Of a DNA stretch of 64,000 bases, positions 56,478-64,000 are shown one piece after another (position 1 is the first letter of the stretch; every line of letters begins with the position of its first letter). The stretch is from an uncultured Candidatus Binatia bacterium. Lineage in GTDB: Bacteria > Desulfobacterota > Binatia > UBA9968 > JAJDTQ01. The stretch covers positions 448,001 through 512,000 of the forward strand of contig OZ243916.1 in NCBI GenBank assembly GCA_965213675.1, given 5' to 3'. Below the pieces are notes generated by a model that had not been told where the DNA came from, ran no database searches, and worked only from the letters and a program-made list of their open reading frames with translations. A program made the translations under genes and the position numbers.

Positions 56478-57686
56478 GTGAAGTTGTTTCGACGTTTCCC
56501 GTCGGCGCGATGGCGCCGCCCGCGAAGGAGCCCACGGACTTGGGCCGCGGGCGCGTGTCTCCGGCTGCTGGTGGTGGGGTCCGCGCTGGCGCTGGCGGGC
56601 GGTTGCGACCCCCAGCGGGGCGGTCCCGCGCCCGTGACCGTGGAAGTCATCGCGGACGATCTGGACCCGCGCTCCCTGCGCGGAGCCGTGGCGGAGAGCC
56701 TGCGCGCCCTTCGCCCGGTGCCGGGGGAGGAGCGGCTGGGGGAGTGGCCTCAAGCGGTGACCGCGGCGGACCTGCGGTTGTCCCTGACCGATTTCCTGGA
56801 GATCCTGGACCGGGCCGAGTCCACGGACCCGTCGTGGCTGGATCGGGTCGCGGAGCGGTTCGAGTTCTATCCCGCCCCGGTGGAGCTACCCGAAACCCCG
56901 GTTCTGGTGACCGGCTACTACCGGCCGGTGATCCATGCGAGTCCCGTGCGCACGGAGGAATTCCGGTACCCGGTGTACCGGGTGCCGGTGACTCCGGGCG
57001 CAGGCGCCGGAGGAACGGCGGGGACTGCGCCGGTTTATCCGTCGCGCCACGAAATCGACGTATTGGGAGTGCTCGACGGCAAGGGCTACGAGATCGCGTG
57101 GCTGCGCGATCCGGTGGAGCGCTTCTTCCTCCACATCCAGGGTTCGGGGCTCCTGCGCATGACCGACGGACGCGAGTTGGCGCTCAACTTCGCGGCTTCC
57201 AATGGACGGCCCTACACCAGCATCGGCAAGGTGCTCATCGACCAGGGCCGGCTTGATCGCGAGTCCATGTCGATGCAGCGCATTCGCGCGTGGCTGGCCG
57301 AGTTCCCGGAGGAGCGCGAGGGGTTGTTCGCGCGCAACGAGCGCTACATTTTTTTTCGCTTGGGCGAGAACGGGCCGTTCGGGAGCCTCGGGGCGGCGCT
57401 GACCGCGGGACGCTCCGTGGCCACGGACCCCGCCGTCTATCCCAAGGGGGCGGTGCTGTATGTCGAAACCCGGACGCCCGTGGTGGACGCAAGCGGCGCG
57501 CTGGCGGGGTGGCGTACGGTGCGGCGCTTCGTGGTCAACCAGGACAGCGGTGCGGCCATCCGCGGGCCGGGACGGGCGGACCTCTATTTCGGCGCCGGCG
57601 CCGCGGCCGGCGCGCAGGCCGGATACATGCAGAGCGAGGGCAGGCTCTATCTCTTGATGAAGCGGCGGCCGGCGCCCCTGGGCTGA
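56478..57686 (+). CDS. mltA: lytic murein transglycosylase A (lipoprotein)
   Basis: LAGGC lipobox, TGYY, FFLHIQGSG, SVATD, QDSGAAIRG, DLYFG. Confidence 0.9.
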   Translation: MKLFRRFPSARWRRPRRSPRTWAAGACLRLLVVGSALALAGGCDPQRGGPAPVTVEVIADDLDPRSLRGAVAESLRALRPVPGEERLGEWPQAVTAADLRLSLTDFLEILDRAESTDPSWLDRVAERFEFYPAPVELPETPVLVTGYYRPVIHASPVRTEEFRYPVYRVPVTPGAGAGGTAGTAPVYPSRHEIDVLGVLDGKGYEIAWLRDPVERFFLHIQGSGLLRMTDGRELALNFAASNGRPYTSIGKVLIDQGRLDRESMSMQRIRAWLAEFPEEREGLFARNERYIFFRLGENGPFGSLGAALTAGRSVATDPAVYPKGAVLYVETRTPVVDASGALAGWRTVRRFVVNQDSGAAIRGPGRADLYFGAGAAAGAQAGYMQSEGRLYLLMKRRPAPLG

Positions 57687-57723
57687 GGGGGCCGGGACTT
57701 TACCAACAGGACAGGAGGCAATC

Positions 57724-58818
57724 ATGGCATCGGTTTTGCTATTGGGTCCGGAGGACATGAGCGGACTCATCACCATGAAGGAGGCGGTGGACGCCATGGA
57801 ACAGGGGTACCTGGACTGGGCGAAGAACCGCGAGCTGGGAGCGCTCCGGCGCCGCGTCCACTCCGTGGACAACGCCCGGGTTACGGTGCACCAGGGCGCG
57901 CCCGATTCCGCGGGGGTGACGGGAATCCTGACCCACTGCGAACACGTGATGATCCACGACAACGGCATTCAGACCTACCAGACCCGCGGCCGTCCGGTGC
58001 GGGTGATGTTCGACGGCGCCAACGCGGAACTCAAGTGCATCACGGTGGGCGAGGTGCGGGTGGCGGAGCTGCCCGAGGCCAACAACGTGGTCAACGTTCA
58101 GACCGCCTGCTCCACGGCCGTGGGCATCAAGCACCTGGCGCGCCAGAGCTCTAGGGTGGTGGGGGTCTTGGGCTCCCGCGCCCAGGCGGAGTGCCAGTTG
58201 CTCGCCACCAAGGCGGTGGTGCCCGGCATCGAGGAAGCCAGGGTCTACAGCCCCAATCCGGAGAACCGCACGAAGTTCGCCGCCAGGATGACCGAGCTGC
58301 TGGACATGGAGGTGCGCCCGGTGGCCACCAACCGCGAAGCCATCCAGGGAGTGGATATCCTGTTGTCGGTGACCAACTCCAACGTGCCCACCTTCGACGG
58401 CGACTGGCTGGAACCGGGGGTGCACCTGTGCTCCATCGTCTCCAGCAACATCGGCCTCAAGCGCGGCGGCTTCATCCAGGTGAAGCGGCGCGAGGTGGAC
58501 GACAAGACGCTCCAGCGCTGCGACATCATCGTGTGCAACTCCAAGCGTCAGGAGATCCTGGACGAGCCCGGGGTGTTGTGGGATCCGGTGCAGCAGGGCG
58601 TCATTACCTGGGACGACGTGTGGGATCTGGGCGAGGTGCTCGCCGGACAGGTGCCGGGCCGCACCTCCGAGGAGCAGATCAGTTTCTACAAGAACAACGC
58701 CTTCTGGGGCGTGGGCGACCAAGTCATCGGCCGGTTGCTCTACGACCGCGCCGTGGAGAAGGGGCTCGGGACCGAACTGCCCATCGACGGCGCCGAGTAC
58801 CGGGAAACGGACGCGTAG
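57724..58818 (+). CDS. ornithine cyclodeaminase/mu-crystallin family protein
   Basis: KHLAR, GVLGS..QA, VYSP, WLEPGVH, PGRTSEEQISFYK. Confidence 0.88.
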   Translation: MASVLLLGPEDMSGLITMKEAVDAMEQGYLDWAKNRELGALRRRVHSVDNARVTVHQGAPDSAGVTGILTHCEHVMIHDNGIQTYQTRGRPVRVMFDGANAELKCITVGEVRVAELPEANNVVNVQTACSTAVGIKHLARQSSRVVGVLGSRAQAECQLLATKAVVPGIEEARVYSPNPENRTKFAARMTELLDMEVRPVATNREAIQGVDILLSVTNSNVPTFDGDWLEPGVHLCSIVSSNIGLKRGGFIQVKRREVDDKTLQRCDIIVCNSKRQEILDEPGVLWDPVQQGVITWDDVWDLGEVLAGQVPGRTSEEQISFYKNNAFWGVGDQVIGRLLYDRAVEKGLGTELPIDGAEYRETDA

Positions 58819-58870
58819 CATCGCCGGGCGCCGGCGCGTCCCGGGCGCGTTTCAACGGCGCAGGCTCCTG

Positions 58871-59029
58871 GTGTTGCGTTCCGCAAATACGTTGACAAAT
58901 CTGCTTGTCGTTTTTGCCGTCGGCTGCGCTGCTCTTCCTCGGGTGGTGTCCGCCACTGCTCGTCATCGCGCCTTGCCGACAACAAAAACTTCTGCGCATC
59001 TTCGTCAACGTATTTTCGGAGCGCAACAC
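58871..59029. mobile_element. MITE-like element (159 bp) with 26-bp terminal inverted repeats
   Basis: GTGTTGCGTTCCGCAAATACGTTGAC matches the reverse complement of GTCAACGTATTTTCGGAGCGCAACAC at 24/26; inner arms TTTTTGCCGTCGGC / GCCGACAACAAAAA; no ORF. Confidence 0.75.
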
Positions 59030-59427
59030 TACGTGGCGTTGTTCGTTCTTTCGACGATCTCGATGCGCACGTCGTCCGGCGCGCGCAGGAAAGCGATCCT
59101 CAGGCCGGGCCGCAGCAGCCGGGGTTGGGAGAAGAACTCGGCGCCGCGCTTGCGCAACTCCGCGGCGGCGGCCTCGAGGTCGTCCACCCGAAGTCCGAAA
59201 TGGTCGAGTCCCACGTAGGGGCGGTCCGGCGCGGACGGAATATCCTGGTCGGGCTGCGCCCTGGCGATGCAGATGGTCATGCCGTCGATGTCGACATCGA
59301 CCCGCGGGCGCCCGTCCGTCTGAACGGTCTCGACGATCTTCGCGTCGAACATGTCGTGATAATACCGCGCCGTGGCCTCGGGGTCCCGGCTCCTGAGGTG
59401 GATGTGGTCCTGTCTGTACCTGGCCAT
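59029..59427 (-). CDS. VOC/glyoxalase family protein
   Basis: DHIHL, YY..MF, GLDHFGLRVDDL, AFLRAPD.VRIE. Confidence 0.9.
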   Translation of the reverse strand: MARYRQDHIHLRSRDPEATARYYHDMFDAKIVETVQTDGRPRVDVDIDGMTICIARAQPDQDIPSAPDRPYVGLDHFGLRVDDLEAAAAELRKRGAEFFSQPRLLRPGLRIAFLRAPDDVRIEIVERTNNAT

Positions 59428-59566
59428 GAGCGTCCTCCTCGTCCCGTCCCGCCAGCGGTCCGCTGCGTCCCGCGGGCGACTCGTATCGTACCGGCCAACC
59501 GGCCATACATCAATGCGTGTCAAGGCACGTGACCCAGGCCGGCGGGGAGCAGGTACGTTTTGCCCC

Positions 59567-59673
59567 CTGGATTCCCGGTTTCGCGGGAATCTTCCGTGCC
59601 GGGTGGAGCCGACACACGCGGGGACGGAAAACCGCCCCACGGATGTGTCATTCCCGCGGAAGCGGGAATCCAG
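59567..59673. repeat. inverted pair of ATTCCC-n8-GGGAAT (dRS3-like) palindromic repeats
   Basis: CTGGATTCCCGGTTTCGCGGGAATC (59567-59591) and GTCATTCCCGCGGAAGCGGGAATCCAG (59647-59673). Confidence 0.7.
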
Positions 59674-59716
59674 GCGGGGATGCGTTGAGTTCACATGGCG
59701 AGGAGGTCCACGACCA

Positions 59717-60940
59717 TCAGCTTGTCCCTGGCGTTTCCGTCCGTTCCCCCGACCGCCATGCCAGCGGCGCCATCAGGCCCACGCTGGCGAAGGACACGAT
59801 GGCCATGGCCTGGAAGAGGGTGGACATTTCGGTGAATCCCAGCAGTACGCCGATGCCGGACACACCGGCGGTCTTGGCGATCTGTTGGCTCAGGCGGTCG
59901 AGGGCGATGACCCCGCCGCGCAACTCCAGCGGCGCGTTCTGCGTCAGCAGGCTCTTCTGCATGGGTGAGATGATGCCGTTGGCGAGGCCGTAAAGCACCA
60001 GCGCCGGGACCAGGATGCCGGCGCCGGAGGCAAAGGACACGGCCATCAGCGCGAGGCCGCTGACCACGAAGGCGCCCAGCACCAGCCGTCCCTTGTCCCA
60101 TGCGCGCGCCAGCCGGCCGGCCTGACTCGACGTGACCATGGCGCCCAATGCGTGGAAGGAGCGCAGCAGGCCCGCCCCCGCGGTGGAGTATCCGTGGGCG
60201 CGCACCAGATACAGCGGCAGGTAGGTAAAGAAAGCGTAGTCCAGGAAGAACCGCAGGAAGCCGGCGGCGAAGGCCAGCAGCAGGCGCGCGTCGCGCACCA
60301 CCCGGGCCACGTCCTTGAGATACTGGCGCGCCGACGCGGGCGCCTTGCCGCGGGTCTCCGGCATCCACGCCCAGGCGAGCACGGCCAGGGGGAGGGCGGC
60401 GGCGTAGACGAGGAAGGGCCAGCGCCATCCCACCAGCGCCAACGCGCCGCCCAGGGGCGGCAGCACCACCTCACCCACCCGGTCGATGAAGACCTTCAAC
60501 CCCTGGCCCGACACCTCCCGGCGGCCTTCCAGCAGGTCGCCAATGAGTACGATGGTGAGGGGAATCACGGCGCTGAAGCCGACGCCTTGAAGGGCACGCA
60601 GCGCCAGCACCCAACCGAACCCCGGCGCCAACGCCACCGCGGCGCCGGCCGCGCCGAACAGCAGCAGCCCGCCCACCAGCAGCGGGCGCCTGCCGTAACG
60701 GTCGGCAACGACGCCGAGAAGGGGGGCCAGCACGATGGCCGGGGCGGTGTAGACCGCGATGACGAGGCCGGCCTCGGCGTCGGTGATGCCGAAGGGCTCG
60801 ATCATGACCGGGAGAACCTGCTGGACGAGGTTCACGCCCATGATCACCAGCAGGCTCGAGGCGTAGACGAGCCCCAGGGAACGCCGCAGGTCGGCGGGAA
60901 GCTCGCCCAAGTCGAACAGGGAAGTGGCGGAGAATCGCAT
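59717..60940 (-). CDS. MFS transporter
   Basis: GVVADRYGRR motif A, RALQGVG, about 12 transmembrane segments. Confidence 0.92.
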   Translation of the reverse strand: MRFSATSLFDLGELPADLRRSLGLVYASSLLVIMGVNLVQQVLPVMIEPFGITDAEAGLVIAVYTAPAIVLAPLLGVVADRYGRRPLLVGGLLLFGAAGAAVALAPGFGWVLALRALQGVGFSAVIPLTIVLIGDLLEGRREVSGQGLKVFIDRVGEVVLPPLGGALALVGWRWPFLVYAAALPLAVLAWAWMPETRGKAPASARQYLKDVARVVRDARLLLAFAAGFLRFFLDYAFFTYLPLYLVRAHGYSTAGAGLLRSFHALGAMVTSSQAGRLARAWDKGRLVLGAFVVSGLALMAVSFASGAGILVPALVLYGLANGIISPMQKSLLTQNAPLELRGGVIALDRLSQQIAKTAGVSGIGVLLGFTEMSTLFQAMAIVSFASVGLMAPLAWRSGERTETPGTS

Positions 60941-61159
60941 CGGGCCCCTCGCTTACTGTCCTTACGCGCAAATGGCCCTGGCCCGCAAACCTGCGTTGCG
61001 GGCGGATGCCACCAAGAGTCCGTTTTCTTGTCAGTCCCGGAGCCCGTCTTGTGACAGTCCCGCATCCTTGCCGGTGACGGGAAATCCTGTGCATATTACA
61101 GGCATGGGTTTCCATTCCACACGGCCGGTTGTGACGACGGTGCGGCACGGGGCGCTGGC

Positions 61160-61525
61160 ATGACGCTTTCGATCTGGGTTGGCGTTTTGGGCATCGTGGC
61201 CGGGGCCGCGGCAGCCGTGTATTTTCGCGAGCGCCTGGCAAAGCCCGAGTTTCTCTGGCTGGTGGGGCTCGGGGCCATGGCGCCGGCGTGGCTCTTGGCC
61301 CTCACCGGCCTGCTGGACGGGCTTTCCGGGGAGAATCCGGACAAGGGGCTCAAGGCGTTCCTGGCCTTGTCCTCGGCCTCGGCTCTGATCGGGGTCATTG
61401 CCACCGAGTTCTGCGTGCGCTGGCTCAAGGCGCGGGCGGCGTGGCTGCCGCGCGCGCTCTACTGGTTGCTCGGCACCGTGGCGCTGCTGCCGTCCTGGGG
61501 CGTGCTCTTGTGGAGGGTTGGGTGA
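61160..61525 (+). CDS. hypothetical membrane protein
   Basis: 121 aa with four hydrophobic segments; TGA overlaps the next GTG (GTGA). Confidence 0.65.
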   Translation: MTLSIWVGVLGIVAGAAAAVYFRERLAKPEFLWLVGLGAMAPAWLLALTGLLDGLSGENPDKGLKAFLALSSASALIGVIATEFCVRWLKARAAWLPRALYWLLGTVALLPSWGVLLWRVG

Positions 61526-62499
61526 CACGGGCGCGCCTGGGTGCGGCTACGGCGGTGCTGTCCACGCTCTCGTGGCCGCGGTTCCTGTTGGCTCACGGAG
61601 GCGGCCACGGTGGTCCCGACGAGCCGCTGCCGTTCGACGCGCTGATGCTGCTGTTCGGCATGATGCCCTCGGGCGTGCGGCTGGACATCGTGCTCGTGCT
61701 GGCGCTGGCCGCGGGCATCTTTCTCACCGGCTGGGTGCGGCTTCGGGGGCAGGCCGAGGGCGCCGCCACCGTGACCGGGCTGCTGCTCTACCTGGGCGGC
61801 ATCGCCGCCCTTGTGGTGGCGCTGGTGTCGCCGGTGGACCGTCTCGCCGCCGAGCGCCTCAGCATGCACATGGTGCAGCACATCCTGCTGCTGATGATCG
61901 CGCCGTTGGGCATCCTGCTGGCCAACCCCTTTCCCGTGGTCTTGTGGGGCCTCCCGCGCGGCCTTCGGGAGAGGTTTGCCGGACTGTTTCGCGAGGGGCG
62001 CATGGGGCGGTCCTTGCTCACCGTCCTCACGGCGATGCCGGTGGCCTGGACCCTCTACGTGGTCAACCTGTGGGGATGGCACCATCCGGCGCTGTACCAG
62101 GCGGCGTTGCGCCACGGGTGGGTGCACGACCTGGAACACGGGCTCTTCTTCGCCAGCGCGGTGCTTTTCTGGTGGCCCATCCTCAACGTGGCGCCGCTCT
62201 ACCGTCCAGCGCGGCCACTGGGGACAAGGATCATCTACCTCCTGGCGGCGACGCTTCAGAACACGCTCCTGGGCATGTCCATCGCCGTGCCCGAGCGCGT
62301 CCTCTATCCGTTCTACGCCGCGGTTCCCGGCCTCGCGGCGCTGAGCCCGATCCAGGACCAAGGCCTGGGCGGCGGCATCATGTGGGTCAGCGGTCACATG
62401 TACGTGCTCCCGATCCTGGTGCTGGTGGCGCGCCGGCTTATCTCCGAGGACGAGGACGTCAACGCGCGGGAAGGCGTGGCGGGCGCGGGAGTTCGTTGA
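61522..62499 (+). CDS. ctaG: cytochrome c oxidase assembly factor (caa3-type CtaG)
   Basis: ALVSPVD, SMHMVQHILL, WHHPALY, HDLEH, FWWP, DQ..GG.IMW. Confidence 0.88.
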   Translation: MTRARLGAATAVLSTLSWPRFLLAHGGGHGGPDEPLPFDALMLLFGMMPSGVRLDIVLVLALAAGIFLTGWVRLRGQAEGAATVTGLLLYLGGIAALVVALVSPVDRLAAERLSMHMVQHILLLMIAPLGILLANPFPVVLWGLPRGLRERFAGLFREGRMGRSLLTVLTAMPVAWTLYVVNLWGWHHPALYQAALRHGWVHDLEHGLFFASAVLFWWPILNVAPLYRPARPLGTRIIYLLAATLQNTLLGMSIAVPERVLYPFYAAVPGLAALSPIQDQGLGGGIMWVSGHMYVLPILVLVARRLISEDEDVNAREGVAGAGVR

Positions 62500-62500
62500 C

Positions 62501-63316
62501 ATGGCGTTCCGCGAATGGGGTTCAGGGTGCTTGAGGGCGGCAGGGTGGTTCCAGTCTTGGGCGCCGTCCGTTCCTTCACAGGCTCCGGGCTCGCGCCGGG
62601 CAGGGGCGCGAGGCGCTGGCTTGTGGTTGGTGGCGCTGGCGGTGCTCGCGCTCGTCTTGTGCGCGCCGGCCTGGGGGGCGGGGCAGGAGGAGCGTTTGCG
62701 CAAGCTCGGTTTCCTGGTTCAGGAGGGGTTCGAGGCGGCTCCGGGCTTCACGACGGTGGACGCGAACGGGAATGCGGTCACCCTGGAGGACTACGGCGGC
62801 AAGGTGGTGCTGCTCAACTTCTGGGCGACGTGGTGTCCGCCGTGCCGCCTCGAAATGCCGGACATGGAACGGCTTTATCAGGAGTTCCGGGGGCAGGGGC
62901 TGGAAGTCGTCGCCGTGAACTTCATGGAGACGGCGGCGCAGGTGAATGCCTTCGCCGAAGAGCAGAAACTCACCTATCCCATGCTGATGGACCCGCGCAG
63001 CGAAATCGCCGGGCAGTACGGCGTGATGCGGCTGCCGGAAACGGTTCTCATCGGCCGCGAGGGGGAGGTCCTCGGCAAGAGCATCGGTTACAAGCCCTGG
63101 TACAAGGACGACGTGCGCGAGTTGATGGCGGCGCTGCTGGGCAACGGCGCGGCGCTGGCCGCGGTTCCAGCGGGCGGCGGCGCGGGAACGGAGTCCTCGG
63201 GCAACCACGAGACGGCGTATCTCGCCGGCGCCGTGGTCCTGGTGCTCGCCATCTATCTGGTGTTCCGGCGCAGGCGCGTTCGCGGCGGCTCGGACGGCCG
63301 GGAGTCCGCGCCGTAG
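62501..63316 (+). CDS. TlpA/ResA-like thiol-disulfide oxidoreductase (start uncertain)
   Basis: GKVVLLNFWATWCPPCRLEMP, YGVMRLPET. Confidence 0.9.
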   Translation: MAFREWGSGCLRAAGWFQSWAPSVPSQAPGSRRAGARGAGLWLVALAVLALVLCAPAWGAGQEERLRKLGFLVQEGFEAAPGFTTVDANGNAVTLEDYGGKVVLLNFWATWCPPCRLEMPDMERLYQEFRGQGLEVVAVNFMETAAQVNAFAEEQKLTYPMLMDPRSEIAGQYGVMRLPETVLIGREGEVLGKSIGYKPWYKDDVRELMAALLGNGAALAAVPAGGGAGTESSGNHETAYLAGAVVLVLAIYLVFRRRRVRGGSDGRESAP

Positions 63317-63334
63317 CCCACTCCGGCATCGACG

Positions 63335-64000
63335 ATGTGGACCTTCCCCAACATTGATCCGGTGGCCCTTCAGCTAGGGCCCTTGGCGGTGCGGTGGTAC
63401 GGGTTGATGTACCTCTTCGGGTTCGTCGGGGGTTACTTCATCGCCGTGTGGATGGCGCGGAAGCGTGGCGCGGCGTTGGACGGGGACAAGCTGGTGGAAC
63501 TCATCAGCTATGTGGCCATCGGGGTCGTGCTGGGCGGGCGGCTGGGCTACGTGGTCTTCTACAACCTGCCGTACTACCTGACGAACCCGGCTCAGATCTT
63601 CGCGGTGTGGGAGGGGGGGATGTCGTTTCATGGCGGCACGCTGGGGGCCGCGCTGGCGGGCTGGTTGTACGTGCGGCGGCAGGGGATACCGTTCTATTCC
63701 GGCTCCGACTGCATCTTTGCGGCCGCCCCCCTGGGGCTGGGGCTGGGACGGTTGGGGAACTTCATCAACGGCGAACTGTACGGGCGCGTGACCGAAGCGC
63801 CGTGGGGCGTGGTGTTCCCGGGCGGCGGGCCGCTGCCGCGCCATCCCTCGCAACTCTACGAGGCGTTTCTCGAAGGTCCGGTGCTGCTGGGCGTGTTGCT
63901 GTGGTTGGGAACGCGGACGCGCGCGCCGGGCGTCGTCACGTGGGCGTTCGTCGGCGGCTACGGCATCGCCCGCTTCATGGTCGAGTTCGTGCGCGAGCCC
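63335..64000 (+). CDS. lgt: prolipoprotein diacylglyceryl transferase (runs off the window edge)
   Basis: MWTFPNIDPVALQLGPLAVRWYGLMY, GGRLGY, GGMSFHGG, GRLGNFINGEL, RHPSQLYE. Confidence 0.95.
   Translation, partial: MWTFPNIDPVALQLGPLAVRWYGLMYLFGFVGGYFIAVWMARKRGAALDGDKLVELISYVAIGVVLGGRLGYVVFYNLPYYLTNPAQIFAVWEGGMSFHGGTLGAALAGWLYVRRQGIPFYSGSDCIFAAAPLGLGLGRLGNFINGELYGRVTEAPWGVVFPGGGPLPRHPSQLYEAFLEGPVLLGVLLWLGTRTRAPGVVTWAFVGGYGIARFMVEFVREP

Noticed and set aside
50068-56535. Long antisense ORFs (768, 724 and 626 aa) opposite A2M/pbpC, and similar shadow ORFs across the window
   Set aside because: Expected in GC-rich coding DNA where stop codons are scarce; no recognisable motifs.
1-64000. CRISPR array, rRNA, intact transposase/integrase, prophage
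   Set aside because: No regularly spaced repeat-spacer units and no matching protein or RNA motifs were seen on manual reading.

Overview
A gene-dense, GC-rich bacterial chromosomal window with about 55 CDS. No rRNA, tRNA, CRISPR array or intact transposase was seen. The gene repertoire (several LLM oxidoreductases, amidohydrolases, UbiD enzymes, a TTT transporter, UPF0182-yicC-gmk-spoT) suggests a deltaproteobacterium sensu lato, possibly Binatia-like; this is inference only. Most of the window is small-molecule catabolism: tandem LLM and amidohydrolase paralog pairs, tctCAB, two UbiD decarboxylases, two enolase-superfamily enzymes, an opine dehydrogenase, a metal-ligand-deficient M24 enzyme and two ornithine cyclodeaminase-family enzymes. 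There is also a housekeeping block (yicC, gmk, spoT, rpmB), an alpha-2-macroglobulin/pbpC/mltA envelope locus and ctaG/TlpA/lgt at the right end. The best leads are: (1) a 126-aa coiled-coil + AT-hook + winged-helix protein that looks like a nucleoid-associated or silencer protein; (2) an unannotated 48-aa zinc-ribbon gene after UbiD, in frame with the next ORF across one TAG; (3) MITE-like palindromic elements whose ends coincide with TAG stop codons; (4) a decayed defence islet with an orphan antitoxin, a toxin stub and a possible restriction endonuclease stub; (5) a DUF151 nuclease-PDZ fusion with a signal-peptide-like N-terminus. All family assignments come from motif recognition by eye, not database searches.
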